Shown here piece after piece: positions 1 to 10,803 of a stretch of 64,000 nt of DNA. The DNA is taken from positions 1-64,000 of the forward strand of contig JBNKUM010000030.1 of NCBI GenBank assembly GCA_050298595.1, written 5' to 3'. The translations under genes were made by a program, and so were the position numbers. This DNA comes from Gammaproteobacteria bacterium. Its GTDB lineage: Bacteria > Pseudomonadota > Gammaproteobacteria > GCA-001735895. Below the pieces are notes generated by a model that saw only the letters and a program-made list of their open reading frames with translations, was not told where the DNA came from and made no database searches. How positions within the stretch are numbered: position 1 is the stretch's first letter; every line of letters begins with the position of its first letter.

Positions 1-1980
1 ATCATTCTTCAGGGTCGTACCCGTATTTGGTGTCGCTTCCATTGAAGCGGCTCCTGACTGACCGCCCACTACAACCACACTCCAGTCATATCCTCCCTGT
101 GAGACATTGTCCCGATAACTCTCCGACTCCATCGATACCAAGCCCTGACTATCCGTAGATTGCAAAAATAGTGATGTCGCTGCAGTCAAAGTACGGACAA
201 CGGTCACCCAGTCTTCATTTATTTCAGAAGGTGGCAAACCTAGTCCAAACGAGAGAGCTGCATTAACTGTTTTTACGCTACCTGCAAATTGACCAGTTCT
301 AGGGTTGTACCATCGTTGTTCATAGAGTCCGCTATTTGCTCCTAGTGAAAGCGTACCTTCAAGATTACCCGCTGGCAGATAAATCGCATAAACCTCACCT
401 TCTTTAGCGAAAACTTCTGCACCGCCATATAACCCATTTTCACCTGTTACAAGTGCATCAGACGGTGTCATTTCCCAGAAAGGCAAGTTATCTTGTACAA
501 ACTTTCTGGCATACCAAAGATAACGATAGTGATCTTCAAAAGTTGTAAAGTTATCAAGGCTCGAATCCTGATATGCCACAAAGAGTTCATGGCCACCTCC
601 AGACAACATCGCATCCCATATGGCTCTTTTTCGATATTCTGCTGCAGATAACTGATCCAGACCTATAGACTCGTCGACCGCAGTAGGCACAATGTGCCCT
701 GCATTAGCCGTTTCTGTGCGGAAGTGTTCAATAGCACTACTAATGTTTTCAGGCTCCTGCCAAGTCTGTACCGACATTACACCAAACCTGGTATCACCGA
801 CAAATGGAGCAAGAGCACTTACGTAGGTATTACCATGGTTGTGGACAGTAATAGGGTGGTTATAAGGGTCTACATCGTTAATATATTGAGCAAACTCTTT
901 TATGACCGCTGGATCGAGAGGAAGAGCCAAATTGTATTCTTCTGAGATATTCCACTGCAGTGCATTATAGTGGCCAAAGCGAGAAATCAATTCGCGATAA
1001 AATAATTTACGCTCCACGCCCAGCGTGGCATTATCTAGTTCATTCTTGTTGGCAGCCTCTCTATCACTGAGAACGAAGTGCAGGAATATTGACTTGCGCT
1101 GAGCATGATCAAGCGCAATATCCCACTGATGCATTTTGCTGAGGTCAAAATGCACATTGTCGTTTGATGCAGAGCCATTTCGATCGATTGTTGTGCTTGC
1201 ATATGGCCAGACATCCTTACCATCTGCGCCAATATTCATCGGCATAAAATAAATGCTGTTAAGGTGCTGAGACGCTAGATAGTTCAGGGTACCGATGATA
1301 GCCCTCCCATCATTGGTTGCTATCGGAGTATTACTGCTATCCCAGTCTGGATCACCAAGTACCCAGTCTGATACATGTGTACTAAAATCATTCAGGGCAT
1401 TTGGCGTATTATCAAACCCGGTATAACCAAGAAAATTTTCAGGGCTATCCATACCGCCCTTGATCCAGTAATTGCCGTCACGAAACTTAAAGTAATAGTC
1501 ACCGACTGACTCAAGTCGACCATATTTAAGAAAACCTTCAGCATTTATATCCAGATCAGCTACAGTAAAGTTACCTGAGTCACCATCAAATGAAACAGCT
1601 ATACCATCAGAAGGGTTTAAACTTACGGCTACATTAGTACCACTATGAAAGGAAGCCTGATATGCCCAGATTCCTGGCTCATCTGGGGCAAAGCGAACTC
1701 GCCAAACCTTGCCTGTTTCTCCTCCAGAACCATCACCATCAAAATACCCTGGGACATCATATTTTTGGCCGCTTGGTGCAGTAAAAACCACCTGTAATCG
1801 ATAATCAAGAAACGGGTTCGGGCTAGAATCCATCTCATTATGAAGAGGCCCATTAAAACTTACAGTAATTCCATGCCATTTAACAAGTTCACCACTTACA
1901 GAACCTGCAACTCCCGGCATTGGTATACTATATAGGAATAATAAAACAACGATATAATAAAGATTTGCAATCCTGCACAT
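1..1980 (-). CDS. Secreted DUF5060-domain glycoside-hydrolase-like protein, 3' end runs off the window
   Basis: Not in the ORF track because it has no stop inside the window. ATG at 1980 follows an AGGTGG RBS. Hand translation gives a signal-peptide-like N-terminus (MCRIANLYYIVVLLFLYSIPMPGVA), then GELVKWHGITVSFNGP..NPFLDYRLQVVFTAPSG..VPGYFDGDG..WRVRFAPDEPG (DUF5060-like). A later RWYNPRTG motif is typical of the C-terminal beta domain of this family. Confidence 0.8.
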   Translation of the reverse strand, partial: MCRIANLYYIVVLLFLYSIPMPGVAGSVSGELVKWHGITVSFNGPLHNEMDSSPNPFLDYRLQVVFTAPSGQKYDVPGYFDGDGSGGETGKVWRVRFAPDEPGIWAYQASFHSGTNVAVSLNPSDGIAVSFDGDSGNFTVADLDINAEGFLKYGRLESVGDYYFKFRDGNYWIKGGMDSPENFLGYTGFDNTPNALNDFSTHVSDWVLGDPDWDSSNTPIATNDGRAIIGTLNYLASQHLNSIYFMPMNIGADGKDVWPYASTTIDRNGSASNDNVHFDLSKMHQWDIALDHAQRKSIFLHFVLSDREAANKNELDNATLGVERKLFYRELISRFGHYNALQWNISEEYNLALPLDPAVIKEFAQYINDVDPYNHPITVHNHGNTYVSALAPFVGDTRFGVMSVQTWQEPENISSAIEHFRTETANAGHIVPTAVDESIGLDQLSAAEYRKRAIWDAMLSGGGHELFVAYQDSSLDNFTTFEDHYRYLWYARKFVQDNLPFWEMTPSDALVTGENGLYGGAEVFAKEGEVYAIYLPAGNLEGTLSLGANSGLYEQRWYNPRTGQFAGSVKTVNAALSFGLGLPPSEINEDWVTVVRTLTAATSLFLQSTDSQGLVSMESESYRDNVSQGGYDWSVVVVGGQSGAASMEATPNTGTTLKND

Positions 1981-2246
1981 AAATAACCACCTAAATCCGA
2001 CTATAAGAAAACTAAAACATGAGATAATGTTAAGGATCAAGATATCAATATTTTATCGTCTCACAAACCAGACAAACCTATCTCAAAACTCATAATAATT
2101 GCTATTGGCAAACTATAAAAAATCAATTTATGGTAATATTACTATTGCAAATTATTAATCCTGTCATCATCTAACTATTTTAATTTTAAATCCTGATGAA
2201 AACGGGGTGAGTATCACATTTTAAGATTGTAAATCATTAAATATAA

Positions 2247-2680
2247 CCTGAATCCATAACTTAACACTCATTTCAACGCTGTGCCTGATAAAATGGGTCG
2301 CAGTATAATTTTAAGTGCGGATTTTATTGATGAATAAGAGCTATCGGCTTGCAACGAGGGGGGGCTGCGAAATACTGAGCAGACTACTGCGATTTCTTTA
2401 TTTCAGGTGCATAGTTCCATGGCTCATTACAAACCTGCAGTCTTTTATGTTTGACTCTATTGAACCTCAGACATAAGCAAGCCGCTGGTACACTCCGGGC
2501 ATGATTTCAAAGGTTTTGCAGTCCTTGCCAAAGGACTGCTGAATACGATGCACACTTTGACACACTCGCGCCGCCACAGTCACCAACTCCTGCATGTCAT
2601 TTTGATACACCGACGTTTGATGCCCTGATGTTTGTCGATGCTTCGTTCCGTCACCCAAACCACCCTGCGCGGGTTCCATT
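2247..2680 (-). mobile_element. IS1380-family transposase 3' remnant
   Basis: The C-terminal segment MQELVTVAARVCQSVHRIQQSFGKDCKTFEIMPGVYQRLAYV resembles IS1380 transposase C-termini. An IS1380-like end (CCTGAATCC) lies at 2247. Boundaries are approximate. Confidence 0.45.
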
Positions 2681-2882
2681 AGATGATAAATTCAACGCTG
2701 ACCAGGGTTTGTGTTTGCTGTTGCCGGTGCTCCAGCATCAGGTCATTTTCTCGATCACATCACTGCCACCACCCAGGCGCAATAACTAGCGCCAGACCGG
2801 TGATTCGGCCCGCATCCTGCTGGCTTTTGATCACCTAGCTGGGGGATTGAAGTTAGGAATTTAGGTATGAATTAATAAATAC

Positions 2883-3869
2883 TTACAAGTACCCCTCGCT
2901 TTTGTACCATTGAGCCGTTCGTCTTAACCCCTCATCAAGATCAACTTTAGGCTCATAGCCTAATTCTTTTTTTGCCCTGGAAATATCAAAAGCACGGTTC
3001 TGTCGATACCAATCAACACGTCGCGGAAAAATTGGTGGTGAAATCCTGAATGGTTTGAATAATTTCTCGAATACATGGCCCGCAATGATTAAGGGCCATA
3101 TCGGATAATGCGGTATTTTTACTTCCACACCCAATGCCTTGGCAACTCGCTGCACCAGGTTTTCAATCGTAACGTATTCTTCATCAGCAATGAGATATGT
3201 ACCACCATCTCCTTTGCCAGGTTCCATTGCTAACATATGTGCATCAACCAAATTATCTACATATAATGGGTGGTAAAAGGTCCTACCGCTACCAAACATT
3301 GGGAACAAACCTTTATTAACTCGACGGAAGATCATGAAAAACCGCTCTGGATCGCCTGGCCCATATATTGCGGAAGGACGGATTATTACAGTTTTCATTC
3401 CTTTCTCAGCAAACTCCTTTACTACTGGCTCAGCAGCATACTTGGTTTGTTGATAATAATCTGCAGCATTGATAGGTGCATCTTCATTAGCGGGAGGATT
3501 TTCAACATTTCCGTGAACTCCACAGGTACTACAATAAATAAATTTGCTGACATTCTGTTTCTCAGCTGCCTCAAGCACATTACGCGTTCCACCAACATTA
3601 ATTTCATCATAGTAACTATTAGGTACATCAAGTTCACGAAAAGCTGCTGCCAGATGCTGAACAACATCCACACCCTGCATACACTTTTCAACCACAGCCT
3701 TATCTGCAACACTCCCAATAACAACCTCAGCTCCACTTTTACGCAATTCATCCGTACCCAGACCTTCTTTATAATCCAGCGATACTACCTCATGTCCTTC
3801 TTTAAGCAATCGTGTAACAAGTGCCTTACCCGTAAACCCTGTGCCACCAGTAACCAAAACTTTCATCAA
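2883..3869 (-). CDS. NAD-dependent epimerase/dehydratase (extended SDR)
   Basis: TGGTGFTG Rossmann motif and YQQTK (YxxxK) catalytic motif; 328 aa. Confidence 0.9.
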   Translation of the reverse strand: MMKVLVTGGTGFTGKALVTRLLKEGHEVVSLDYKEGLGTDELRKSGAEVVIGSVADKAVVEKCMQGVDVVQHLAAAFRELDVPNSYYDEINVGGTRNVLEAAEKQNVSKFIYCSTCGVHGNVENPPANEDAPINAADYYQQTKYAAEPVVKEFAEKGMKTVIIRPSAIYGPGDPERFFMIFRRVNKGLFPMFGSGRTFYHPLYVDNLVDAHMLAMEPGKGDGGTYLIADEEYVTIENLVQRVAKALGVEVKIPHYPIWPLIIAGHVFEKLFKPFRISPPIFPRRVDWYRQNRAFDISRAKKELGYEPKVDLDEGLRRTAQWYKSEGYL

Positions 3870-3911
3870 TTAACCCTCAAAAAAATATAACAAATTCCGT
3901 TAAAACTGCTT

Positions 3912-5141
3912 TCAATCTATCAAGCATAAATGATAGACACTCTGAATTTTTTCACCTGCAGCTAGCCAAGAAAAATTATCTGTAACCCTTTTTTTTCCCT
4001 CAGCACCAGCTTTCATCCCCTTATCCGGATCTGAAATAATATTCGCAATTTGGTCGATTAAAGCATTCTCAAATATCCCAGCACCTTCATGGAGGGAATC
4101 ATTAGCAAAAAAACCCCACTGACCAAGAAGTTGTCGGTTACTGGTATTATCAAAACACACAACTGGTAGACCCGCACCCATATAGTTTAAAATTTTACCA
4201 CTAGCCTCCCCTGAATCAGATAGTTTGGGTTCCAGAGCAATATCCGCAAGCGCAAGATAGGAACCTAGTTGCTCGTAAGGTACACGTCCAGCTATCGTGC
4301 AATACGCCTCTAACTGATTGTTTTTAATGAAATCGTGAATTATTTGCTCAGGATAACCGACCACCAGAAAGTGACAGGGTATATCCCGTTTTTTAGCAAG
4401 CAATATTGCATTACATAAATGACTAAAGCCTTTCGCCTCCAGTAAAGCGCCACTGTAAATAACTATAGCCCCATCTTTAGGCAGGCCTAGTTTTTCCTGA
4501 AGCGGATAATTGTCATTAATCGAAAAATCATCAGCACCATCATTGACAAGCTCTACACTTTCCGCCCTAACCTTAAATTCATTGATCAGGATATCCACTG
4601 AATTTTGTGATGAACAAATAAAATGATTTGCCATACGCGTAATTAAGTATTCAAGGCCCCAAAATATTCGCTTTAACGAATGGTATTTTGTGAAATACCC
4701 ATGTGCTTCAAGCTCACCCACAAGACTCCCTTGCATATCAAATATCATTGGAATTTTTCGCCAGAAAAAAAACGACTTGGCTAACCAACCGATCAGAGCA
4801 CCTTCGTGTAAATGGGCATGAATAATATCTGGCCTCCTGCTAAATATTTGCCCGAAGACTTTAAAAAACAACAGGATATCAGCCACGTATTTAAAAGCTG
4901 ATGGCCCTGCTTCCAACTTCGTATAGCCCGGAATGGATGCAGTTCTAACCGTTTCAATACCTTCCACATCTCGACCCAGATTATAAGTACATAGTATGTT
5001 GACAATTGGGTATTTTTTTAGAGCAAAAATTATGCCTCGAATTCGCATATGACACCCCCGGTCAGAAAAAAAAGGTGTAGGGGCTATGTGCAATACTGAA
5101 AGTACTTTCTTATCTTTCACAGGCTGATTAAAAATTCCCAT
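3912..5141 (-). CDS. Glycosyltransferase family 4
   Basis: GT-B pattern with HAHLHE and a C-terminal EASGKILNYMGAGLPVV motif. Confidence 0.88.
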   Translation of the reverse strand: MGIFNQPVKDKKVLSVLHIAPTPFFSDRGCHMRIRGIIFALKKYPIVNILCTYNLGRDVEGIETVRTASIPGYTKLEAGPSAFKYVADILLFFKVFGQIFSRRPDIIHAHLHEGALIGWLAKSFFFWRKIPMIFDMQGSLVGELEAHGYFTKYHSLKRIFWGLEYLITRMANHFICSSQNSVDILINEFKVRAESVELVNDGADDFSINDNYPLQEKLGLPKDGAIVIYSGALLEAKGFSHLCNAILLAKKRDIPCHFLVVGYPEQIIHDFIKNNQLEAYCTIAGRVPYEQLGSYLALADIALEPKLSDSGEASGKILNYMGAGLPVVCFDNTSNRQLLGQWGFFANDSLHEGAGIFENALIDQIANIISDPDKGMKAGAEGKKRVTDNFSWLAAGEKIQSVYHLCLID

Positions 5142-5152
5142 AAAAGATAGCC

Positions 5153-6862
5153 TTATAGGAAATCCACGGTAGGAAAGCGGCTCAATGTCTGTTGCACTTC
5201 ATTATCTATTCTAACTTGATCCCAGCCAAGCTCTCGCCCCATTAACTTGGCACAGTAGCGTAGTACATCCTCTCCAGGGTTGCCTATAGTGCCTATCCCA
5301 GTACGTCGAAAGATAACATCTTCAAGATAATAGGCCATTTCATGCCTCACTGAATAAATAATTTCAGCAGCAATTGTAAGGCGGCCTGTAACTAGTTCGT
5401 CTGACAACTGTTTGTCTATCTTAATCAAATCAATAACCATGTGAATATTTGAACCATAGTTCGTCACCAAGTTATTAATTATAGGTTCTGACAGTAGCGA
5501 CCCATATTTTGAAACCTGCTCATTCCTATATGCCAGTATATCTTCAATTTTGCCCGAATTCAGCCTTGAGAACCTTGTTTTACAGCCCTCAAGTTTTTTA
5601 TCAAATCGCTTTACAATTTGATCTAGTGCTTTTTCTGCAAGAAGCCTGGCCGTAGTAAACTTGGCACCAAATACAGAAACCAGACCTTCAAGTTTATCAA
5701 TCTTAGCATGATCAACAATCTGGTATTTTCCAGTACCCTGGTAAACATTTGTGTTAATAACGTCATCGATAAGAGGATAAATACCCGCAAATGCATGTAA
5801 AACATCGCTGCGCTGCAACACTTCTGAGCCCATATCAGGTACCAGCGCTGAATTTATGTCGCTAATCATCTCATTAATATCATTTTCGGTGGCAGACACA
5901 TCATTAAGATTCCCTTTATAGGGCCTATAAGTCGTTCCAATAAGCGAAAAGCCTCGCCAGGGAATAATAAAAACATGGCGACCACCCCGGTTAACTACTG
6001 CCTGATTCTGCTTTTTTGTCGGTAAAGCAACAGCGTGGCCCTGGCTCAGTTGGCGAGTAATAATATGAGCACCTTTTGAAAAAGCGTTTACCACGCCTTC
6101 AACTTTTTTTCCGCCCGCATTGGTTTTTCCAATTTGTTTATTGAGTGCAGGTATCCATGGGCCAGTGGCATTTATAACCATCTCAGCCTGGATGTCAACT
6201 CGTTCTCCGTTTAGCAGGCTTTTTGCCCTAACACCTCGAACGCAACCTTGTTCAGCACCCAGAAAAGATTCTACTTCAAGATAATTGGCAACAGTGGCAC
6301 CATACGACTGTGCGGTATCGACAAAACTGAGCGTCATTCTTTCAGAGCTATACATATGACTTTCATAGAAAACAACTCCACCCGTGATATTATCTGACTT
6401 TAAATCAGGCACTACTTTAATAACTTCTTGTCGTGACAGAATGCGACTGGGAGGAACTCTTTTTGAGATATCATTAAGAATGGCATTTTGGCCCATGCAG
6501 ATAATTTCATAAAGCCTCAATGCCATTCGCATGACTAATTTTCCCTTGGTAAAGCTATCATATGTAGGAATAATGAATGGCACGTAATTCGTAAGATGCG
6601 GAGCAAGTTGTTGAAAATAAATCCGTTCTTTAGCAGACTCATAAACCTTGAAAAAATTGAATTGCTGGAGATAACGAATCCCGCCATGCAATAACTTAGA
6701 TGAGGCCGATGACGTGGCGCCTCCAAAGTCCCCTTTTTCAATGAGTGCGATTGATAAGCCGCGCATTGCTGCATCAGCAGCAAGACAGGCTCCAGTGATA
6801 CCACCCCCCACTATTATCAAATCAAACTTATTATCTTTAAGCTCTTGAAGATTTCTTTTCAT
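5153..6862 (-). CDS. FAD-dependent glycerol-3-phosphate dehydrogenase/oxidase-like protein
   Basis: GGGITG FAD motif, TSSASSKLLHGGIRYL, GAKFTTARLLAE and C-terminal LEDVIFRRTG are GlpD-family signatures. Confidence 0.85.
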   Translation of the reverse strand: MKRNLQELKDNKFDLIIVGGGITGACLAADAAMRGLSIALIEKGDFGGATSSASSKLLHGGIRYLQQFNFFKVYESAKERIYFQQLAPHLTNYVPFIIPTYDSFTKGKLVMRMALRLYEIICMGQNAILNDISKRVPPSRILSRQEVIKVVPDLKSDNITGGVVFYESHMYSSERMTLSFVDTAQSYGATVANYLEVESFLGAEQGCVRGVRAKSLLNGERVDIQAEMVINATGPWIPALNKQIGKTNAGGKKVEGVVNAFSKGAHIITRQLSQGHAVALPTKKQNQAVVNRGGRHVFIIPWRGFSLIGTTYRPYKGNLNDVSATENDINEMISDINSALVPDMGSEVLQRSDVLHAFAGIYPLIDDVINTNVYQGTGKYQIVDHAKIDKLEGLVSVFGAKFTTARLLAEKALDQIVKRFDKKLEGCKTRFSRLNSGKIEDILAYRNEQVSKYGSLLSEPIINNLVTNYGSNIHMVIDLIKIDKQLSDELVTGRLTIAAEIIYSVRHEMAYYLEDVIFRRTGIGTIGNPGEDVLRYCAKLMGRELGWDQVRIDNEVQQTLSRFPTVDFL

Positions 6863-7229
6863 TTAAAATATACTTTCCATTGTAATTAGATCTTATAAAT
6901 ATATCGATATCAGCATAGCGCATTGAGTAATTGTCAAAATACCCGCAGATTCTAAAACTATTGTAAATATTTAGTTCCAAAAGAAAATTGTTGAAGATAC
7001 GTATATCACTTATAACTTAAGGTATTATCAATGATTATTTTTGTTTAAGTTGTGACGAAACTCAATTTTTTACCTGCTATCCACGATACACTCTTTACGA
7101 TAATATTAATACATAAGGAAATCGAATAATAATAGTAACAAATGGAATTGTATTGAACTTTTCATTAATAGTTAATCAGTAAGATTTCCGAACTATGGAT
7201 TCAATTTAATTCAATTTTAGCGGGCTAAT

Positions 7230-8102
7230 ATGAAAGAAAGGAAAGGTATTATTTTAGCGGGTGGTTCGGGCACAAGGTTATATCCAATAACACTGGGTGT
7301 AAGCAAACAACTCATGCCGATCTACGATAAACCAATGATATATTATCCATTATCTGTATTGATGTTAGCTGGTATCAGAGAAGTATTATTTATAACAACC
7401 CCCCAAGATAATGGAGCTTTTCAGCTATTATTGGGGGACGGCAGTAACTGGGGAATGACATTTACTTATACGACTCAGCCCTCCCCAGATGGAATTGGTC
7501 AAGCCTTTATTCTGGGCGAAAAATTTATTGGGGAGAATCCAGTTACTCTTGTTTTAGGTGATAATATTTTTTATGGTCACGGCATGGACGAATTACTGTC
7601 TAGAGCATCAGGCCAGCTAAATGGTGGAACAGTATTTGGTTATTATGTGAGGGACCCAGAAAGGTATGGAGTTGTAAATTTTGACAATAGTGGTATTGCT
7701 TTAAATCTTGAAGAAAAACCAGCAAACCCTAAAAGTAATTACGCTGTGACGGGGCTGTACTTTTACGATAATGATGTTATTGATATTGCAAAGGGTCTAA
7801 AACCATCGGATAGAGGCGAGCTTGAAATCACAGATATCAACAACTTTTACTTACAGAACAATTTACTAAATGTTGAGTTGATGGGAAGAGGATATGCCTG
7901 GTTAGATACTGGAACACATAAATCTCTATTATCGGCAGCAAACTATATCCAGGTTATAGAAGAAAGGCAGGGATTAAAAATTGCCTGTCCAGAAGAAATT
8001 GCTTATCGTAAGGGGTTTATAAACTCCGAGCAGCTAGAAAAACTAGCAACGCCTCTACTAAAAAGTGGATACGGTCAGTATTTAATGGAAATATTAAAAT
8101 AG
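7230..8102 (+). CDS. rmlA: Glucose-1-phosphate thymidylyltransferase
   Basis: [34 protein letters not shown] and WLDTGT motifs. Confidence 0.97.
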   Translation: MKERKGIILAGGSGTRLYPITLGVSKQLMPIYDKPMIYYPLSVLMLAGIREVLFITTPQDNGAFQLLLGDGSNWGMTFTYTTQPSPDGIGQAFILGEKFIGENPVTLVLGDNIFYGHGMDELLSRASGQLNGGTVFGYYVRDPERYGVVNFDNSGIALNLEEKPANPKSNYAVTGLYFYDNDVIDIAKGLKPSDRGELEITDINNFYLQNNLLNVELMGRGYAWLDTGTHKSLLSAANYIQVIEERQGLKIACPEEIAYRKGFINSEQLEKLATPLLKSGYGQYLMEILK

Positions 8103-8112
8103 ACATATCAAT

Positions 8113-8676
8113 GTGAAAGCTATTCAAACAACTTTACCTGGCGTAATAATTTTTGAGCCCCATGTTTACGGTGATAAACGTGGATTTTTTCTCGAATCTT
8201 TTCGATCAGATATTCTCGGAGCCACTGGAATAACGGATACTTTCGTACAAGACAATCACTCGAGATCAAAAAAAGGGGTTTTAAGGGGACTACATTACCA
8301 AATAAAAAATCCGCAGGGAAAATTAGTAAGAGTATCTAATGGGCGAGTATTTGATGTTGCCGTTGATATTCGTATTGGATCACCTACTTTTGGTCGCTGG
8401 CACGGAACTATTTTAGATGATGAGTCAATGCGACTTATGTATATACCACCTAACTTTGCCCATGGTTTTATAGTATTATCTGAAACCGCAGATTTTTTAT
8501 ATAAGTGTACTGAATATTATCATCCTGAATCTGAGCAGGGTATATTATGGAATGATCCAGATATTGGAATAAATTGGCCTGACATTAAGGCTTCATTATC
8601 TGATAAAGATTTACATAATCCTCTTTTAAAAGATCAAAAAGTAGAATATCTACCAACATACCAGAAAACTGTTTGA
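8113..8676 (+). CDS. rmlC: dTDP-4-dehydrorhamnose 3,5-epimerase
   Basis: DKRGFF, QDNHSRS..GVLRGLHYQ and FAHGF motifs; GTG start. Confidence 0.96.
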   Translation: MKAIQTTLPGVIIFEPHVYGDKRGFFLESFRSDILGATGITDTFVQDNHSRSKKGVLRGLHYQIKNPQGKLVRVSNGRVFDVAVDIRIGSPTFGRWHGTILDDESMRLMYIPPNFAHGFIVLSETADFLYKCTEYYHPESEQGILWNDPDIGINWPDIKASLSDKDLHNPLLKDQKVEYLPTYQKTV

Positions 8677-9554
8677 TGAAAATATTAGTAACAGGGGCGA
8701 ATGGTCAAGTCGGTTCACGAGTTGTTCAATTAGGCAAGAAAGCAGGTTTTAACATTCTTGCATATACTAAGGAACAGCTCGATATTACAAATTACCAGAA
8801 TTTAGAATTTTTAATTAATCAATCTCTACCCGATATTATAGTAAATGCAGCAGCATATACGGCTGTTGACAAAGCGGAAACTGAAACTGAAACAGCTTAC
8901 GCAATAAATTCTGATGGCCCGTCAAATTTAGCAAACATTGTTTCTGATAGAAATATCCCCTTAATACATTTATCAACAGATTATGTCTATGACGGAAAAA
9001 AAATAGATAGTTATACTGAGACTGACATACCCAACCCTTTGAATATCTATGGCAAGAGTAAACTCGAAGGTGATAAAAAAGTAGCAATGTTAGAAAAACA
9101 TATAATATTACGAGTTTCCTGGGTATTTGATGCCGATGGCAATAATTTTGTCCGGACTATGTTGAGACTTGGGCAAGAACGTCAAAGTCTGAATATCGTA
9201 AATGACCAAACTGGATCACCCACATGGTCGCAAGATATTGCTGAGGTTCTCATAGCAATCATCAGAATATATTCTGAAACGAATAACTTCCCATGGGGTT
9301 TATACAACTTTACAGGAAAACCCAAATCAACATGGTATGATTTTGCTGTTCACATTTTAAGAGAAGGTAAATTGATGGGGTTAATTAATAAAATCCCAAA
9401 AACAAACCCAATCTCATCAGAGCAATTCCCAACAGCTGCTAACAGACCTAAAAACTGTGTGTTAAATTGTACCAAAATATATAAGTCTCTGAATATTAGT
9501 CAACCAGACTGGAAAATTGGACTAAACTACATTTTAAAGAACTGGAAAAATTAA
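8673..9554 (+). CDS. rmlD: dTDP-4-dehydrorhamnose reductase
   Basis: GANGQVG, NAAAYTAVDKAE, STDYVYDG and YGKSK motifs. Confidence 0.95.
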   Translation: MMKILVTGANGQVGSRVVQLGKKAGFNILAYTKEQLDITNYQNLEFLINQSLPDIIVNAAAYTAVDKAETETETAYAINSDGPSNLANIVSDRNIPLIHLSTDYVYDGKKIDSYTETDIPNPLNIYGKSKLEGDKKVAMLEKHIILRVSWVFDADGNNFVRTMLRLGQERQSLNIVNDQTGSPTWSQDIAEVLIAIIRIYSETNNFPWGLYNFTGKPKSTWYDFAVHILREGKLMGLINKIPKTNPISSEQFPTAANRPKNCVLNCTKIYKSLNISQPDWKIGLNYILKNWKN

Positions 9555-10618
9555 TGCCCCATATAACTACGAATATCCTTGTAACAGGTGGAGCAGGCTT
9601 TATAGGTAGTAATTTCGCGCACTACTGGTTAGATAGATATCCACATGAAAGGTTGATTGTATTAGATGCGCTGACCTACGCCGGAAACATAGAAAACCTA
9701 GTCTCTCTGAATAAAAACAGGAATTTTAGATTTATTCATGGTGATATTCTTGATACAGATTTAGTGAAAAGGATAATCCAGGATGAACATATTGAAACCA
9801 TTGTACATTTTGCAGCGGAGTCTCATGTGGATCGATCCATTCATGGTCCTGACACATTTTTAAAAACAAATATTGAAGGAACTCATAGTTTGTTGAAAGC
9901 GGCCAAAGAAATATGGTTAGACAAAACAAAAATTGACAACCACCGTTTTCACCACGTTTCTACTGATGAAGTTTATGGAACGCTAACACCCAAGGCCCCT
10001 GCTTTCACCGAAAAAAATCAATATTTACCCAATTCGCCATATGCTGCAAGTAAAGCAAGTTCCGATCACATTGTAAGAAGCTATCACCACACCTATGGCT
10101 TAAATACCACAGTAAGTAACTGCTCTAACAATTACGGTCCTTATCAATTTCCAGAAAAGCTCATCCCTTTAGTTATCGCAAATTGCCTGGATGGAAAATC
10201 ATTGCCAATATATGGAGATGGTCTGCAAATTCGTGATTGGTTATACGTAATCGATCATTGTAGAGGAATAGATAAAATTTTACATAATGGTGAAGTAGAT
10301 AATACTTATAATATTGGTGGAAATAATGAGCGAACAAATTTAGATATAGTTACATTTATATGTGAACTAATGGATAAATTAAATCCTTCTGGAGCTCCTC
10401 ATAATCAATTAATTACATTCGTAAAGGATCGTGCTGGGCATGATAGAAGATATGCCATTGACTCTACAAAAATAAAGTTAGATTTAGGTTTTAATTCAAA
10501 AGAAACATTTGAGTCTGGAATAATAAAAACAGTTGAATGGTATCTTAATAATGAAAAATGGTGGCGTAATATTATGGATATTAACTTCAATGACTGGCTA
10601 GAAAAAAATTATAAATAA
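9554..10618 (+). CDS. rmlB: dTDP-glucose 4,6-dehydratase
   Basis: GGAGFIG, HFAAESHVDRSI, STDEVYG and SPYAASK motifs; overlaps the rmlD stop. Confidence 0.97.
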   Translation: MPHITTNILVTGGAGFIGSNFAHYWLDRYPHERLIVLDALTYAGNIENLVSLNKNRNFRFIHGDILDTDLVKRIIQDEHIETIVHFAAESHVDRSIHGPDTFLKTNIEGTHSLLKAAKEIWLDKTKIDNHRFHHVSTDEVYGTLTPKAPAFTEKNQYLPNSPYAASKASSDHIVRSYHHTYGLNTTVSNCSNNYGPYQFPEKLIPLVIANCLDGKSLPIYGDGLQIRDWLYVIDHCRGIDKILHNGEVDNTYNIGGNNERTNLDIVTFICELMDKLNPSGAPHNQLITFVKDRAGHDRRYAIDSTKIKLDLGFNSKETFESGIIKTVEWYLNNEKWWRNIMDINFNDWLEKNYK

Positions 10619-10803
10619 TTAGTCGAGTTAGCCGAACGCTCACATTCGAAGCGCCAAACTGGAGAGTCATTGAGTATACTAAATCAAATACTCTTAAAAA
10701 AGCATAAAATAAAGAAAAACATTAGTTGCAGGTATGAATAACCTGAACAATATGGTTTGAATGGCAAAGTGGATTGAATGGCCTGCCATGCTCTAAACTC
10801 AAG

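Noticed and set aside
694-1853. Short ORFs 694-945, 1035-1232 and 1629-1853
   Set aside because: Shadow frames of the long minus-strand gene starting at 1980.
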